A DNA stretch of 64,000 bases from Terriglobia bacterium (GTDB lineage: Bacteria; Acidobacteriota; Terriglobia; 20CM-2-55-15), in contig CBDAOY010000009.1 of NCBI GenBank assembly GCA_965198225.1, forward strand, positions 96,001-160,000. The letters are read 5' to 3'. The position numbers were made by a program, and so were the translations under genes. This document shows positions 1-10,923 of the stretch, piece by piece. Positions within the stretch are counted from its first letter, which is position 1, and every line of letters begins with the position of its first letter. The notes beneath the pieces are model-generated. The model was not told where the DNA came from. It did no database searches and saw only the letters and a list, made by a program, of their open reading frames with translations.

Positions 1-59
1 GATGCGCAGGGTTCCGCCCCAGCTTTCGTCCTGCTATCTTGTGTCGCATGTCCGTTTGC

Positions 60-1070
60 CTACGGTTCGATCGTCTGCTCTATCGCCGCGACGGGAGCTG
101 ACGGCAGGCCCTGCTCGTCCAGCTTCATTCCGAGACCCAGGTTCATCGAGTTCAGGATTTCTTTGATCTCGTTCAGCGATTTTCTGCCGAAGTTCTTCGT
201 TTTCAACATCTCGGCTTCGGTCTTCTGCACAAGCTCGGAGATCGTCCGGATGCTGGCGTTCTTCAGACAGTTGTAGGAACGCACCGAGAGCTCCAACTCC
301 TCGACGGACTTGTTGAGGTGCTCCATCACGGCGTCGTGATGAACCTCGCCCGCCTCCTCTTCCGGCTCTGGTTTCTCCTCGAACTGTATGAAAATCTGCA
401 TGTGATCCTTCACCAGTTTCGCCGCCAGACCCAGGGCGTCCTGAGGCGTGATCGACGCATTCGTCCACAACTCGACTGTCAACTTGTCGTAGTCGGTCAC
501 TTGACCCAGTCGCGCGGCCTCGACGAAGTGATTCACCTTTTTCACTGGAGAATGGACCGAATCGACCGGGATGAAGCCGATGCCGAGATCGTCATCAAAG
601 TTCCGGTCTGCCGACACGTAACCCCGTCCGTTCTTGACTCGCATCTCGATGCTGATTGAGCCCCCACCGCTGACAGTCGCGATGTAGACGCTCTTGTCGA
701 GGATCTCGATCCCGGAGGCGTGCTCGATACTCTCCGATGTAAGGACTCCAGCGCTGGTCGCGTTCAGGTAGATCGTGGCCGGTTCGTCGCTGTGGAGTTT
801 GATCGGAACCTGCTTCAGGTTGAGGATGATGTCGGTTGCATCTTCGACGACACCGGGGATCGAGGAAAACTCATGGAGTACTCCCCCCATCTTGACAGCC
901 GTGATTGCTGCCCCCTCGATCGAGGAGAGCAGCACCCGCCTCAACGCGTTTCCGATCGTCGTGCCGAAACCTCTTTCAAACGGCTGCGCAGCGAACTGCG
1001 CGTAATTCTCGGTTGCCGTCGCGGCATCCATCACGAGCCTCTTAGGCTTCTGAAAACCCTTCCAAAGCAT
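60..1070 (-). CDS. rpoA: DNA-directed RNA polymerase subunit alpha
   Basis: [34 protein letters not shown], alpha-[15 protein letters not shown]; follows rpsD. Confidence 0.99.
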   Translation of the reverse strand: MLWKGFQKPKRLVMDAATATENYAQFAAQPFERGFGTTIGNALRRVLLSSIEGAAITAVKMGGVLHEFSSIPGVVEDATDIILNLKQVPIKLHSDEPATIYLNATSAGVLTSESIEHASGIEILDKSVYIATVSGGGSISIEMRVKNGRGYVSADRNFDDDLGIGFIPVDSVHSPVKKVNHFVEAARLGQVTDYDKLTVELWTNASITPQDALGLAAKLVKDHMQIFIQFEEKPEPEEEAGEVHHDAVMEHLNKSVEELELSVRSYNCLKNASIRTISELVQKTEAEMLKTKNFGRKSLNEIKEILNSMNLGLGMKLDEQGLPSAPVAAIEQTIEP

Positions 1071-1099
1071 TTATATTTGACCTCGCATTGACTCTGACT

Positions 1100-1129
1100 G
1101 GGATGCGGTCGCCGACGCGACCGCATCCC
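1100..1129. other. Perfect 13-bp GC-rich hairpin in the rpsD-rpoA spacer (REP-like or stabilising stem)
   Basis: GGGATGCGGTCGC-CGAC-GCGACCGCATCCC; no U-tract; core resembles the second hairpin of the REP doublets. Confidence 0.6.
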
Positions 1130-1144
1130 CGCTGCCGTCGGTTT

Positions 1145-1768
1145 TTACTTCGAATACAACTCCACAATCATATGTTCTTCGATGGGCATCGTGATGTCTT
1201 CGCGCTTCGGCAGCGCGACCACTCTGCCGTTCAGCCCCTCGCGGTCGAGCTCGAGCCAGGGTGGCACTCCACGACTGAGCTCAACGGCATTGAGGACCTG
1301 AACGTTCTTCTTCGATTTCTCTTTGAGAGTGATGTGATCGCCGACCCGGACGAGGAAGGAGGGGATGTTGACCTTCCGGTCGTTAACCCTGATATGGCCA
1401 TGTCGCACGAACTGTCTCGCCTGGGCGTGGGAACCCGCCAGGCCCAGCCTGAGAACAACATTGTCCAACCGTCGTTCCAGCTGGGAGAGCAGATTGTCAC
1501 CCGTGACGCCCTTCTGACGTACAGCCCGCTCGAAGTACAGATGGAACTGTCGCTCCAGGATCCCGTACATTCTCTTGACCTTCTGCTTCTCGCGGAGCTG
1601 TAAGCCGTACCCGACGATCTTCGCCCGACGATCCCGTCCGTGCTCGCCCGGGATGTAGTTGCGCTTCTCGATCGCGCAAGACGGCTTGAAGCATCGTTCC
1701 CCCTTGAGGAACAGCTTCAAACCCTCCCGACGGCATAGACGGCAAACAGGACCTGCGTATCTAGCCAA
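1145..1768 (-). CDS. rpsD: 30S ribosomal protein S4 (Zn-binding type)
   Basis: [39 protein letters not shown]. Confidence 0.99.
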   Translation of the reverse strand: MARYAGPVCRLCRREGLKLFLKGERCFKPSCAIEKRNYIPGEHGRDRRAKIVGYGLQLREKQKVKRMYGILERQFHLYFERAVRQKGVTGDNLLSQLERRLDNVVLRLGLAGSHAQARQFVRHGHIRVNDRKVNIPSFLVRVGDHITLKEKSKKNVQVLNAVELSRGVPPWLELDREGLNGRVVALPKREDITMPIEEHMIVELYSK

Positions 1769-1783
1769 TGAACTTTCCTCCCA

Positions 1784-2176
1784 TCAAACTCGCCGTTTCT
1801 TCGGCGGACGACACCCGTTGTGGGGAATCGGAGTCACATCCCGGATGGCACGAATCTCCAGACCGGCGTTCTGCAGACCCCGGATCGCGGAGTCACGCCC
1901 GGAACCTGGCCCTTTCACACTGACTTCAATGGTCCGCATCCCCATGTCACGCGCCTTGTTGGCGGCGGTGACCGACGCCTGCTGGGCGGCGAACGGAGTT
2001 CCCTTTCGGGAGCCTCGAAAACCGAGCGAGCCGGCACTGGACCAACACACGACGTTGCCTTCGGTGTCGGAAATCGTCACGATAGTATTGTTGAAGGTGG
2101 CCTGGATGTAGGCACGCCCGGTGGGCACCATCTTCTTCTCTCGTCTCTTCGACGCTTTCTTCTTCGGCTTTGCCAT
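1784..2176 (-). CDS. rpsK: 30S ribosomal protein S11
   Basis: [37 protein letters not shown]. Confidence 0.99.
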   Translation of the reverse strand: MAKPKKKASKRREKKMVPTGRAYIQATFNNTIVTISDTEGNVVCWSSAGSLGFRGSRKGTPFAAQQASVTAANKARDMGMRTIEVSVKGPGSGRDSAIRGLQNAGLEIRAIRDVTPIPHNGCRPPKKRRV

Positions 2177-2234
2177 CAGGAACTCCGGGTGACGAATACC
2201 ACAGACTTGTCACTCGTCACGTGTTACTCATTGC

Positions 2235-2621
2235 TTAGGTTTTGGATGTCGCCTTCTTGCGAACCGCAACGGCGCCTTTTCGCGGCCCCTTGCGCGTTCT
2301 CGCGTTCGTGTGCGTCCTCTGACCCCTCACGGGCAGACTGCGCCTGTGCCGGAATCCACGGTAGGACCCGATCTCCATCAAACGTTTGATGTTGACAGAC
2401 ACCGCCTGTCGAAGATCGCCTTCAACCTCATAGTCTTCCTCGATCAGCTTTCGAATCTTCGTGGTTTCTTCGTCGTTCAGGTCGCGTACTATTCGATCCT
2501 TGTCGACGCCCGCGTCCTCGAGGATCTTGCTCGCCAGCGAACGCCCGATGCCAAATATGTACGTGAGGCCGATCTCCGCCCTCTTGTTCGGAGGAAGGTC
2601 TACGCCTGCAATCCGTGCCAT
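2235..2621 (-). CDS. rpsM: 30S ribosomal protein S13
   Basis: [36 protein letters not shown]. Confidence 0.99.
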   Translation of the reverse strand: MARIAGVDLPPNKRAEIGLTYIFGIGRSLASKILEDAGVDKDRIVRDLNDEETTKIRKLIEEDYEVEGDLRQAVSVNIKRLMEIGSYRGFRHRRSLPVRGQRTHTNARTRKGPRKGAVAVRKKATSKT

Positions 2622-2630
2622 GAATACCTC

Positions 2631-2725
2631 TCAGTAGTCAGTAGTCAGTAGTCAGTTAGCGGTCGCCTTGCGCCCGCTCAAGAACCGTAAGAATCTCCAT
2701 CTGGCAACTGACAACTGGCAACTGA
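2631..2725. repeat. Inverted pair of heptamer tandem arrays
   Basis: (TCAGTAG)x3-TCAGTTAG at 2631-2659 and CTGGCAA-CTGACAA-CTGGCAA-CTGA at 2701-2725. Confidence 0.85.
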
Positions 2726-2729
2726 ACGT

Positions 2730-2843
2730 TCACCCCTGTCGCTGCTTATGTTTAGGGTTCGAACAGATCACCCGCACCACTCTCTTGCGGTGCACAATCT
2801 TGCACTTGTCACAGATCTTTTTTACCGATGCTCGTACCTTCAT
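2730..2843 (-). CDS. rpmJ: 50S ribosomal protein L36 (not in ORF track)
   Basis: Hand translation [37 protein letters not shown], between infA and rpsM. Confidence 0.97.
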   Translation of the reverse strand: MKVRASVKKICDKCKIVHRKRVVRVICSNPKHKQRQG

Positions 2844-2859
2844 AATCCCGTTCCGTCGC

Positions 2860-2894
2860 CAACTGACTACCGACGACTACTGGCGACTGACTAC
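2860..2894. repeat. Heptamer tandem array
   Basis: CAACTGACTACCGACGACTACTGGCGACTGACTAC, directly after the infA stop. Confidence 0.75.
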
Positions 2895-3113
2895 TTACTT
2901 ATACCGATACACAATCCGCCCACGCGTCAGATCGTAGGGCGACAACTCGACCGCGACGCGGTCTCCGGGAAGGATACGGATGAAGTTCTTGCGCATCTTG
3001 CCCGAAATGTGGGCCAGGACCTGGTGCTTGTTCTCGAGCTCAACCCGGAACATGGCGTTGGGAAGGTGCTCGATGACCGTCGCCATCACTTCGATCGCGT
3101 CTTCTTTCGGCAA
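2895..3113 (-). CDS. infA: Translation initiation factor IF-1
   Basis: [40 protein letters not shown]; TTG start. Confidence 0.99.
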   Translation of the reverse strand: MPKEDAIEVMATVIEHLPNAMFRVELENKHQVLAHISGKMRKNFIRILPGDRVAVELSPYDLTRGRIVYRYK

Positions 3114-3119
3114 ACCCCG

Positions 3120-3788
3120 TTATTCCTCCCGGCCCACGGCGACGCCCCTGATGATCGAAACGAGGTCGTTCGTAACCTGGTCGATCGGGTTCATGCCATT
3201 GACCTGATGGTAAACATCGAGACTCTTGTAAAAATCCACAAGCGGTTCGGTCTGTGCCCGGTAGTTGTTCAGCCGCTCACGCACGACTTCCTCCCGGTCG
3301 TCAGACCGGTGGACCAATTCTCCGCCGCACGTGTCGCAGACACCCTCGACGATCGATGCCTTGGTCCCGGCGTTGTAGATCGCGCCGCATCCGCTGCACG
3401 TGAGCCGGGAGGTGATACGGCTGGCCAGAAACTCGGAATCCACCGCCAGCTCAATGACCGACAGACTGTCACTCTGAGCCAGCTCCGCCTGGAACATCTC
3501 GGCCTGCTTGACCGTTCGTGGGTATCCATCCAGGATGAATCCCTCCATGCAGTCCGGAGCCATGATCCGCTCGGCTACGATGCCATTGACGATATCGTCG
3601 CTGACCAGGTCGCCTGCATCCATGATCTTCTTCGCCGCCAGACCCAGCGGCGTCTCCCGTGAAACAGCGTCTCGCAACATGTCTCCGGTCGCGACCTGCG
3701 GCATCTCCAGCTGGTCCATCACCGCCCGTGCCTGGGTTCCTTTGCCGGCACCCGGCGGACCCAGCAGGATGACAACGCTCCGAGTCAT
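3120..3788 (-). CDS. adk: Adenylate kinase (Zn-lid type)
   Basis: GPPGAGKGTQA P-loop, LDGYPRT, CxxC..CxxC lid; ATG at 3788 chosen. Confidence 0.97.
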   Translation of the reverse strand: MTRSVVILLGPPGAGKGTQARAVMDQLEMPQVATGDMLRDAVSRETPLGLAAKKIMDAGDLVSDDIVNGIVAERIMAPDCMEGFILDGYPRTVKQAEMFQAELAQSDSLSVIELAVDSEFLASRITSRLTCSGCGAIYNAGTKASIVEGVCDTCGGELVHRSDDREEVVRERLNNYRAQTEPLVDFYKSLDVYHQVNGMNPIDQVTNDLVSIIRGVAVGREE

Positions 3789-3790
3789 CG

Positions 3791-5161
3791 TCAACCGCCC
3801 CGCCTTCCGCGAATCCGGCCCTTCTTGAGGAAGCCGTCATAGTGACGCATGATGAGCTGCGATTCGATCTGTTGCACGGTATCCATCGCCACACCGACGA
3901 CGATCAGCAGCGAGGTCCCACCAAAGTAGAAGTTGACCTGCAATCCCTGCGTGATGAATGCCGGCAGAGCCGCATCCAGACCCGGACCGACGATGGGCAA
4001 ACTCTGGACGTGGAAGCCCACCATCATGAACTCCGGGATGATCGCGATCAACGACAGGTAGAGCGCACCCACCAGAGTCAGCCTCGTCAGGATCGTGTTC
4101 AGGTAGTCGGCCGTCCGGCGACCTGGGCGGATACCCGGTATGAAACCGCCAAACTTGCGCATATTGTCCGCTACTTCGTTCGGATTGAAGATGATCGACG
4201 TGTAGAAGTAGCAGAAGAATATGATGGCTCCGACGAACAACAGGATGTAGACCGGCTCTCCGGAACGCAGCGCGCCGATGATACCCTGCACGATGCGGTT
4301 CTCGGAAAACAGGCCGAATGTCTGCGGAAACGTCAGGATCGACGAAGCGAAGATCACCGGGATCACGCCCCCCGTGTTGACGCGTAACGGCAGATGGGTC
4401 GACTGCCCCCCCATCACCCGACGTCCGACGACACGCTTCGCATACTGAACGGTGATACGACGCTGGCCGCGCTCTACGAGCACAATGAAGCCAACGACGG
4501 CGATCATGACGGCGAGGAGAATGATCAGGGTCAGAACCGACCATTCGTTCGTGATGAGCTTGTCGTAGATACCCATGATCGCCGAGGGTAGTCCGACGAC
4601 GATTCCCGCAAAGATGATCAGCGACATTCCGTTGCCGATCCCGCGCTCGGAAATCTGTTCACCCAGCCACATGATGAAGGTCGTGCCGGTCGTCAGCGTC
4701 AGCATCGTCATCAGGATGAAACCCAGACCCGGGGTGATCACGAACTGTCCCTCCCTCTGGAGGGCAAAAGCAATCCCCGACGACTGCACGGCGCAGAGGA
4801 CAACGGTCAGGTAGCGGGTATACGTCGTGATCTTACGGCGACCGAGTTCCCCTTCCTTGGACAGCTTCTCGAGGTATGGCCAGACAACCGTCAGCAACTG
4901 GAGGATGATCGATGCGGTGATGTAGGGCATGATCCCCAGGGCAAAGATCGTCAAGCGACTGAAATTGCCGCCCGAGAACATGTCCAGGAAGCCGAACACG
5001 GTACCTGCGTTCTCGGTGAAGAACTGCTCCAATGCATCGGCATCGATACCCGGCGTCGGGATGAACGCGCCGATTCGGTACACAGCGAGGATCCCGAGCA
5101 TGAAGAGCACCCGCCTCCTCAGGTCCGGCACATTGAAGATGTTCTGGATGGAGTCAATCAC
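3791..5161 (-). CDS. secY: Preprotein translocase subunit SecY
   Basis: ALGIMPYITASII, WLGEQISERGIGNGMS, IPGIRPG, GGTSLLIVVGV. Confidence 0.99.
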   Translation of the reverse strand: MIDSIQNIFNVPDLRRRVLFMLGILAVYRIGAFIPTPGIDADALEQFFTENAGTVFGFLDMFSGGNFSRLTIFALGIMPYITASIILQLLTVVWPYLEKLSKEGELGRRKITTYTRYLTVVLCAVQSSGIAFALQREGQFVITPGLGFILMTMLTLTTGTTFIMWLGEQISERGIGNGMSLIIFAGIVVGLPSAIMGIYDKLITNEWSVLTLIILLAVMIAVVGFIVLVERGQRRITVQYAKRVVGRRVMGGQSTHLPLRVNTGGVIPVIFASSILTFPQTFGLFSENRIVQGIIGALRSGEPVYILLFVGAIIFFCYFYTSIIFNPNEVADNMRKFGGFIPGIRPGRRTADYLNTILTRLTLVGALYLSLIAIIPEFMMVGFHVQSLPIVGPGLDAALPAFITQGLQVNFYFGGTSLLIVVGVAMDTVQQIESQLIMRHYDGFLKKGRIRGRRGG

Positions 5162-5622
5162 GACTTCAATACCTCGCAGGTACCTCCGGCGGCGGTAATC
5201 TTCTCTTGGGCGCCCTTGCTGAAGTGCTGTGCGACGACGTGCACGGCGCGATCGATGGTTCCGTTACCGAGAACTCGCACGCCATCCTTTCTCAACTTGC
5301 GGATGATGCCAGCCGAAACCAGTTCGTCGGCACCGACCTTCGCTCCGGCTTCGATCTCGCCGAGTCGGGCCAGATCACCGACATTGATCGTTGAATGCTG
5401 CTTCTTGAAGATCGCGTTTGTGAAACCCCGCTTCGGCAACCGTCGATGCAGGGGCATCTGCCCACCCTCGAAGCCCCGCTTCGAATGGGCTCCCGACCGC
5501 GACCATTGGCCCTTGTGGCCCCGGCCCGACGTCTTGCCGGTTCCCGACCCCATTCCACGTCCGATGCGCTTCCTCTGGCGCCTCGACCCGGGGTTGGGTT
5601 TCAGTTCGTTAATGCCACTCAT
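5158..5622 (-). CDS. rplO: 50S ribosomal protein L15
   Basis: GRGMGSGTGKTSGRGHKGQ, FEGGQMPLHRRLPKRGF; ATG at 5622 chosen. Confidence 0.97.
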   Translation of the reverse strand: MSGINELKPNPGSRRQRKRIGRGMGSGTGKTSGRGHKGQWSRSGAHSKRGFEGGQMPLHRRLPKRGFTNAIFKKQHSTINVGDLARLGEIEAGAKVGADELVSAGIIRKLRKDGVRVLGNGTIDRAVHVVAQHFSKGAQEKITAAGGTCEVLKS

Positions 5623-5659
5623 TGCCTGACCTCTCAATCACCAGCGGTGCCGAACCCAT

Positions 5660-5869
5660 TCAGTCCTGATCCTCCAGAATCCTCACCAGATGAGGCACCT
5701 TGGCGACCATCCCCCGGAGTTCGGGGGTATCCTTGAGCTCGCGAACCGCGTTGAGCTTCCGGAAACCGAACCCCTTCACGACACGCTTCTGGTTCCCGTC
5801 ATATCCGATCGCGCTACGGTAGTACTGAACCTTGATCGTGCCGCCCTTCTTTTTCTTGCGTGTTCCCAT
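5660..5869 (-). CDS. rpmD: 50S ribosomal protein L30
   Basis: [21 protein letters not shown]; between rpsE and rplO. Confidence 0.95.
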   Translation of the reverse strand: MGTRKKKKGGTIKVQYYRSAIGYDGNQKRVVKGFGFRKLNAVRELKDTPELRGMVAKVPHLVRILEDQD

Positions 5870-5873
5870 CCCG

Positions 5874-6416
5874 CTATCCCACCAGTTCCTCGACGGGCTT
5901 GCCCCGGAGACGCGCCACCTCCTTCGGGTCCTTCAGCGATTTCAATCCCGCGAAAGTCGCTTTCACGACGTTGTGTGGGTTGGCCGTCCCGATCGATTTC
6001 GTCAGGATGTTGCTGATCCCGGCGGCCTGCATCACGGCACGGACTGCACCGCCGGCGATCACCCCGGTACCTTTGGCAGCGGGTTTCAAGAGGACGCGTC
6101 CGGCTCCGAATACACCCACAACCTGATGCGGCGTGGTGTCGTTGATGATCGGTACCCGGATCATATTCTTCTTGGCGATCTCGATCCCTTTGCGGATAGC
6201 CTGAGGAACTTCCTTGGCCTTGCCGCTCCCGTAACCCACGTTGCCCTTCTCGTCTCCGACAACCACGAGAGCGCTGAAACTCAGGTTCTTGCCGCCCTTG
6301 ACGACCTTCGTAACACGGTTGATGGAAACCACCGTATCTTTGAGTCCATCCGCGGACTCGCCTCTCTGGTCTCTCCGACCTCTCTGACCTCTCTGACCTC
6401 TTTGATCTCTACTCAC
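5874..6416 (-). CDS. rpsE: 30S ribosomal protein S5
   Basis: [33 protein letters not shown]. Confidence 0.99.
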   Translation of the reverse strand: MSRDQRGQRGQRGRRDQRGESADGLKDTVVSINRVTKVVKGGKNLSFSALVVVGDEKGNVGYGSGKAKEVPQAIRKGIEIAKKNMIRVPIINDTTPHQVVGVFGAGRVLLKPAAKGTGVIAGGAVRAVMQAAGISNILTKSIGTANPHNVVKATFAGLKSLKDPKEVARLRGKPVEELVG

Positions 6417-6432
6417 AGAAACCTCTTATGTC

Positions 6433-6798
6433 CTAGAACTTCAGTCCCGCTTCCCGGGCCGACTCCGCCAGCGCCCGAACGCGCCCGTGAAAAATATGAC
6501 CACCCCGGTCGAACACCACCGCCTCAAGCCCTTTTTCCTTCGCCCGTTCAGCGATCAGCCGGCCGACCGCCTTTGCAGCCTCGACGTTCCCGCCGCGGGC
6601 GGAAGATTTCTGCGCCTCTGCTTCGATCGACCCTGCTGCGGCGATCGTTACTCCCTCTGCGTCGTCAATCAACTGGGCGTAGATGTGTTTGTTGCTGCGG
6701 TACACGGCGAGGCGTGGCCGATCGCCGGTACCCGACAAGTGCTTGCGGATACGCGCGTGGATTCGAGATCGAATCTGGTGTCGGGTCGGTCGCGTCAT
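6433..6798 (-). CDS. rplR: 50S ribosomal protein L18
   Basis: [35 protein letters not shown]. Confidence 0.99.
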   Translation of the reverse strand: MTRPTRHQIRSRIHARIRKHLSGTGDRPRLAVYRSNKHIYAQLIDDAEGVTIAAAGSIEAEAQKSSARGGNVEAAKAVGRLIAERAKEKGLEAVVFDRGGHIFHGRVRALAESAREAGLKF

Positions 6799-7349
6799 CA
6801 GACAGTCCCTCCCGCACCACCGGCCTTTCCGGCCTTCTTCTTGAGGATCTCGCCGACGTAGCGAATGCCCTTGTTCTTGTATGGGTCGGGCTTCTTCAAC
6901 GAACGGATCACGGCCGCGACCTGACCCACCTGCTGCCGGTCGGCGCCCCTCACCGAAATGCGAGTCTGCTTGTCGACCTTCACTTCAATCCCCTCGGGAA
7001 TCGGGTACTCGATCGGGTGCGAAAACCCCAGAGTCAGCATCAGCGAGTCCTTCTTCATCTCGGCCCGGTAACCGACTCCGACGATTTCGAGGTCCTTGGA
7101 AAAGCCGGTGGAGACTCCCCGAACGGCGTTGGCTGCGAGCGCGCGGGCCAGGCCGTGAAACGATCGCTGCGAGCCGCTGTCATCCCGTCTCGTCAGCACC
7201 AATTCCTTGTCCGTCTGCGCGCAGCTGATCCCCGGTGGAAGCGGGCTCGTGAGGCTGCCCTTCGGGCCCGTCACCTCGAGGAAACCTTCCTTCATCTGGA
7301 CCTTGACCTCATCCGGGATCGGTACAGGTTGTTTCCCTATTCTGGACAT
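6798..7349 (-). CDS. rplF: 50S ribosomal protein L6
   Basis: [25 protein letters not shown]. Confidence 0.99.
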   Translation of the reverse strand: MSRIGKQPVPIPDEVKVQMKEGFLEVTGPKGSLTSPLPPGISCAQTDKELVLTRRDDSGSQRSFHGLARALAANAVRGVSTGFSKDLEIVGVGYRAEMKKDSLMLTLGFSHPIEYPIPEGIEVKVDKQTRISVRGADRQQVGQVAAVIRSLKKPDPYKNKGIRYVGEILKKKAGKAGGAGGTV

Positions 7350-7355
7350 GACTTC

Positions 7356-7748
7356 CTAATAGACGTCGCAGAGGATCTCGCCGCCGTGACCGTTCTTGCG
7401 GGCCTCGGACCCGGTCATCACACCACTGGATGTACTCAGGATGTTGATGCCCAGCCCGCCCAGCACTCTGGGAATATCATTCTTACCCACGAAGACACGG
7501 CACCCGGGCCGGCTGACGCGCTGGACAGACGTGATGACCAGCTCCCCTGCCGGACCGTATTTCAGAAAAACCGTCAGTACGGGCTTACCGCTATTCTCGG
7601 CTCTCTTGTAGTTGCTGATGTAGCCTTCTTCTTTCAGGATGCGCGCCAGTTCCACTTTCAACTTCGAAGCAGGGATGGCGACCTTCTGGTGCCGAGCCTG
7701 CAGCGCGTTCCGGATTCTTGTCAGCATGTCAGCGATTGGATCAGTCAT
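7356..7748 (-). CDS. rpsH: 30S ribosomal protein S8
   Basis: DPIADMLTRIRNA, VSRPGCRV, GLGINILSTSSG. Confidence 0.99.
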   Translation of the reverse strand: MTDPIADMLTRIRNALQARHQKVAIPASKLKVELARILKEEGYISNYKRAENSGKPVLTVFLKYGPAGELVITSVQRVSRPGCRVFVGKNDIPRVLGGLGINILSTSSGVMTGSEARKNGHGGEILCDVY

Positions 7749-7761
7749 TCTCTCCTGTCCT

Positions 7762-7947
7762 CTACCAACTTGATTTCACAACTCCAGGGATCTCGCCCGC
7801 GAGCGACAGGCTGCGGAAACAAATCCTGCAGAGCTTGAACTTTCTCAGGAATCCGCGTGGTCGCCCGCATCGTTTGCACCGGTTGCGGTAGCGTACGGCG
7901 AACTTCTTCTTACGCGCTTCCTTGGCGATGGATGACGTACGAGCCAT
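7762..7947 (-). CDS. rpsN: 30S ribosomal protein S14 (type Z, Zn-binding)
   Basis: 61 aa, [23 protein letters not shown]. Confidence 0.98.
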   Translation of the reverse strand: MARTSSIAKEARKKKFAVRYRNRCKRCGRPRGFLRKFKLCRICFRSLSLAGEIPGVVKSSW

Positions 7948-7955
7948 TCGATCTC

Positions 7956-8498
7956 CTATTGCTGACGGAACGGCATTCCGAGCAGGCGGAGCAGTTCCAG
8001 TGCTTCATCGTCTGTCTGTGCCGTGGTCACGATAGTCACGTTCATGCCCTTGATCTTGTCGACCTTGGCGTAATCGATCTCGGGAAAAATCAACTGATCT
8101 CGAAGCCCCAGCGTATAATTGCCGCGGCCGTCGAACGACTTCGTCGGAACCCCCCTGAAGTCTCGAACCCGCGGCAACGCGATACTCACCAGGCGGTCCA
8201 GGAACTCGAACATTCGCTCGCCCCGCAACGTCACTGCGGCGCCGATAGCCATCTTCTCCCGCAGCTTGAAGTTCGCGACCGACTTCTTTGCCCGGGTGAT
8301 GACGGGTCGTTGACCGGTGATGCGTCCCAGTTCATCGATCGCGGAATCCAGGATCTTGGCGTTCTGTATCGCCTCACCGAGCCCCATGTTGATGACGGTT
8401 TTCTCCAGCCGGGGGACCGCCATGATGTTCTGGTAGCCGAAGTGTTTTACGAGTGCCGGTACGACTTCCTTCTTGTACTGTTCCCTCAATCTGACCAA
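7956..8498 (-). CDS. rplE: 50S ribosomal protein L5
   Basis: [28 protein letters not shown]; TTG start at 8498 after AGGAG chosen over the longer ORF overlapping rplX. Confidence 0.96.
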   Translation of the reverse strand: MVRLREQYKKEVVPALVKHFGYQNIMAVPRLEKTVINMGLGEAIQNAKILDSAIDELGRITGQRPVITRAKKSVANFKLREKMAIGAAVTLRGERMFEFLDRLVSIALPRVRDFRGVPTKSFDGRGNYTLGLRDQLIFPEIDYAKVDKIKGMNVTIVTTAQTDDEALELLRLLGMPFRQQ

Positions 8499-8514
8499 GT
8501 TCGCTGCTCCTGCC

Positions 8515-8841
8515 CTATTCAAACGCGCTGCCGCACTTCTTACACGTGCGCTCGCGTCGTCCATCGGATAGTAGGGCGATGCCCAGTCGCGTGTGTTCCT
8601 TACAATTCTTGCAGACGATGGCTACGTTGGAGATGTGAATGGGCGATTCCTTCTCCACGATCCCACCCTTGACGTTCTTCTGCGGGTTCGGACGTGTATG
8701 CCGCTTCATCATCTGTACGCCTTCTACGAGGATCCTGTTCTTCTGGGGCATCACGATCAGAACACGTCCTGTCTTGCCACGATCCTTGCCCTTGAGTACG
8801 TAAACCTCATCGTTCTTCTTTATGGGAGGAATCGCGGGCAT
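8515..8841 (-). CDS. rplX: 50S ribosomal protein L24
   Basis: KOW motif [19 protein letters not shown]. Confidence 0.98.
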   Translation of the reverse strand: MPAIPPIKKNDEVYVLKGKDRGKTGRVLIVMPQKNRILVEGVQMMKRHTRPNPQKNVKGGIVEKESPIHISNVAIVCKNCKEHTRLGIALLSDGRRERTCKKCGSAFE

Positions 8842-9212
8842 CAGATCACCTCCGGGGCGAGTGAAACAATCTTCATGAACTTCTTGTCACGCAGTTCGCG
8901 GGCGACGGGGCCGAATACTCGAGTGCCGATCGGTTCCAGTTGTTCGTTGATCAGGACCGCAGCGTTCTGATCAAAACGAATGTAAGTACCATCCTTGCGG
9001 CGATGCTCCTTCCTCGTCCGCACGATCACCGCTCTCACCACTGTGCCCTTCTTGACGTTGCTGTCGGGTGCTGCTTCCTTAACCGAAGCGGTCACGATGT
9101 CGCCGATGCCGGCTTTCGTGCCGACCGAACCACCCAGAGGCAGGATGCAGGCAAGCCTCTTGGCTCCGGAATTGTCCGCCACCTCCAGGATGGTTCTCAT
9201 CTGGATGCCCAT
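8841..9212 (-). CDS. rplN: 50S ribosomal protein L14
   Basis: [28 protein letters not shown]; ATG at 9212. Confidence 0.98.
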   Translation of the reverse strand: MGIQMRTILEVADNSGAKRLACILPLGGSVGTKAGIGDIVTASVKEAAPDSNVKKGTVVRAVIVRTRKEHRRKDGTYIRFDQNAAVLINEQLEPIGTRVFGPVARELRDKKFMKIVSLAPEVI

Positions 9213-9214
9213 GA

Positions 9215-9514
9215 CTACATTCCACCGCTCGATGAGGGCTGGACGATCTCCTGCAGCCGCCATCGTTTGCGCTTGCTGGTCGGGCGGGTCTCGACGATCC
9301 GAACCATGTCGCCGGTATGCGCCTTGCCTTCCTCGTCGTGCACGAGGAACTTGGAGCGTCTGGTGATGATCCTCTTGTACAGAGGATGGGGCACCCGACG
9401 GCTTACCTCGACCACAATCGTCTTCTCCATCTTCGTCCGAGTGACGACGCCGACCTTCTCCTGGCGGTGTCGCACTTCCTTCGTCTCTTGCACTTCGGTA
9501 GTTTCCTCTGCCAT
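9215..9514 (-). CDS. rpsQ: 30S ribosomal protein S17
   Basis: [25 protein letters not shown]. Confidence 0.98.
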   Translation of the reverse strand: MAEETTEVQETKEVRHRQEKVGVVTRTKMEKTIVVEVSRRVPHPLYKRIITRRSKFLVHDEEGKAHTGDMVRIVETRPTSKRKRWRLQEIVQPSSSGGM

Positions 9515-9750
9515 TAACCAGCTCCGGAATCAGATGAACGATGCTCTTCTTCGAGCTGTTTCTCGCGGAGCAGCGTCAGCACCCTGGCCCTGTCCCGACG
9601 GAGGTCGCGCAGCTTCTTGAGAGCTTCGGTCCGCCCCATCGTCCACTGGAAACGCAGGCGAAAGGCCTCTTCGGTCATCTGTTCCTGCCTGTTTTCCAGC
9701 TCTTCGGCCGAAAGATCCTTTAGTTTGTTCAGACGATCCGTCGACTTCAC
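9514..9750 (-). CDS. rpmC: 50S ribosomal protein L29
   Basis: [18 protein letters not shown]; position between rplP and rpsQ. Confidence 0.95.
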   Translation of the reverse strand: MKSTDRLNKLKDLSAEELENRQEQMTEEAFRLRFQWTMGRTEALKKLRDLRRDRARVLTLLREKQLEEEHRSSDSGAG

Positions 9751-10172
9751 GACACTGTCCTCTGTTCCATCCGGGCGACGAACTTCGTCCGGACGGGCAA
9801 CTTCTGAGCCGCCAGCCGCATTGCCTCGCGGGCTATTTCCTCAGACACGCCTTCCATTTCATAGAGAATCCGGCCCGGCTTGACCGGCGCGACCCAGTAC
9901 TCGGGCGCACCCTTGCCTTTCCCCATCCTTGTTTCTGCGGGCTTCTTCGTCACGGGCTTGTCCGGAAAGATCCGGATCCAGACTTTGCCGCCACGCTTGA
10001 CGAAGCGGGTCATCGCGACTCGGGCCGCTTCGATCTGACGGTCGGTAATCCAAGCTGCGTCGAGGGTTTTCAGCCCATAGTCACCGAACTCCAGGCTCGA
10101 ACCGCGCCATGCCTTGCCTTTCATCCGACCGCGCTGCTGCTTGCGGTACTTGACTTTCTTCGGCATCAACAT
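9747..10172 (-). CDS. rplP: 50S ribosomal protein L16
   Basis: [27 protein letters not shown]. Confidence 0.99.
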   Translation of the reverse strand: MLMPKKVKYRKQQRGRMKGKAWRGSSLEFGDYGLKTLDAAWITDRQIEAARVAMTRFVKRGGKVWIRIFPDKPVTKKPAETRMGKGKGAPEYWVAPVKPGRILYEMEGVSEEIAREAMRLAAQKLPVRTKFVARMEQRTVS

Positions 10173-10201
10173 AAGAGAAGCTCCTTACCCCCGGACTCTG
10201 C

Positions 10202-10864
10202 TCAGATTCTGGCCGCCACCGGCGTTACCTTTGCCGGCTTTGACAGGATCTCTCCCTTGTAAACCCAGCACTTCACCCCGATCACGCCGTAGGTGGTGTA
10301 AGACTGCGCAAACCCGTAGTCGACATCCGCTCTCAGGGTATGCAGCGGCAGCTGCCCCTGGAGATACCACTCTGAACGGGCGATCTCAGCGCCGTTCAGA
10401 CGACCGCTAACCCGCACCTTGATTCCCTTGGCGCCGAATCTCAGTGCCGAATCGACGGCTTTCCGCATGGCTCTCCGGAACGCGATCCGTTTTTCCAGCT
10501 GCATGGCAATCGATTCCGCCACGAGCTGGGCATCGAGCTCGGGGCGGTGAATCTCCTGGATGTTGATGTAGACCTCGCGATTGGTCTGCTTCTGGACCTC
10601 GACTTTGAGTTTGTCGATCTCGGAACCCTTCCGTCCGATGATGATTCCGGGACGGGAGGTATAGATCGTGATTCGAAGCTTGTTCGCCATGCGCTCAACT
10701 TCGATGTTGGCAACGCCGGCATGCGACAGCTGCTTTTTCAGCTTCCGCTTCAGCTCCAGATCTTCATGAAGCAGCCTGCTGTAGTCTTTCGTCGCGAACC
10801 AGCGCGAGCGCCACGGTTTCGTGATCCCTAGTCGAAAGCCATATGGATGTGTTTTTTGACCCAT
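10202..10864 (-). CDS. rpsC: 30S ribosomal protein S3
   Basis: [42 protein letters not shown]. Confidence 0.99.
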   Translation of the reverse strand: MGQKTHPYGFRLGITKPWRSRWFATKDYSRLLHEDLELKRKLKKQLSHAGVANIEVERMANKLRITIYTSRPGIIIGRKGSEIDKLKVEVQKQTNREVYINIQEIHRPELDAQLVAESIAMQLEKRIAFRRAMRKAVDSALRFGAKGIKVRVSGRLNGAEIARSEWYLQGQLPLHTLRADVDYGFAQSYTTYGVIGVKCWVYKGEILSKPAKVTPVAARI

Positions 10865-10890
10865 TAACTATCCTTCTCCGGTTCTCTCTG

Positions 10891-10920
10891 CTGGCAACTG
10901 ACAACTGGTAACTGACAACT
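10891..10920. repeat. Heptamer tandem array
   Basis: CTGGCAA-CTGACAA-CTGGTAA-CTGACAA between rplV and rpsC. Confidence 0.85.
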
Positions 10921-10923
10921 TCT

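Noticed and set aside
5832-7838. 668-aa plus-strand ORF
   Set aside because: Antisense shadow of spc-operon genes in high-GC DNA; no recognisable motifs.
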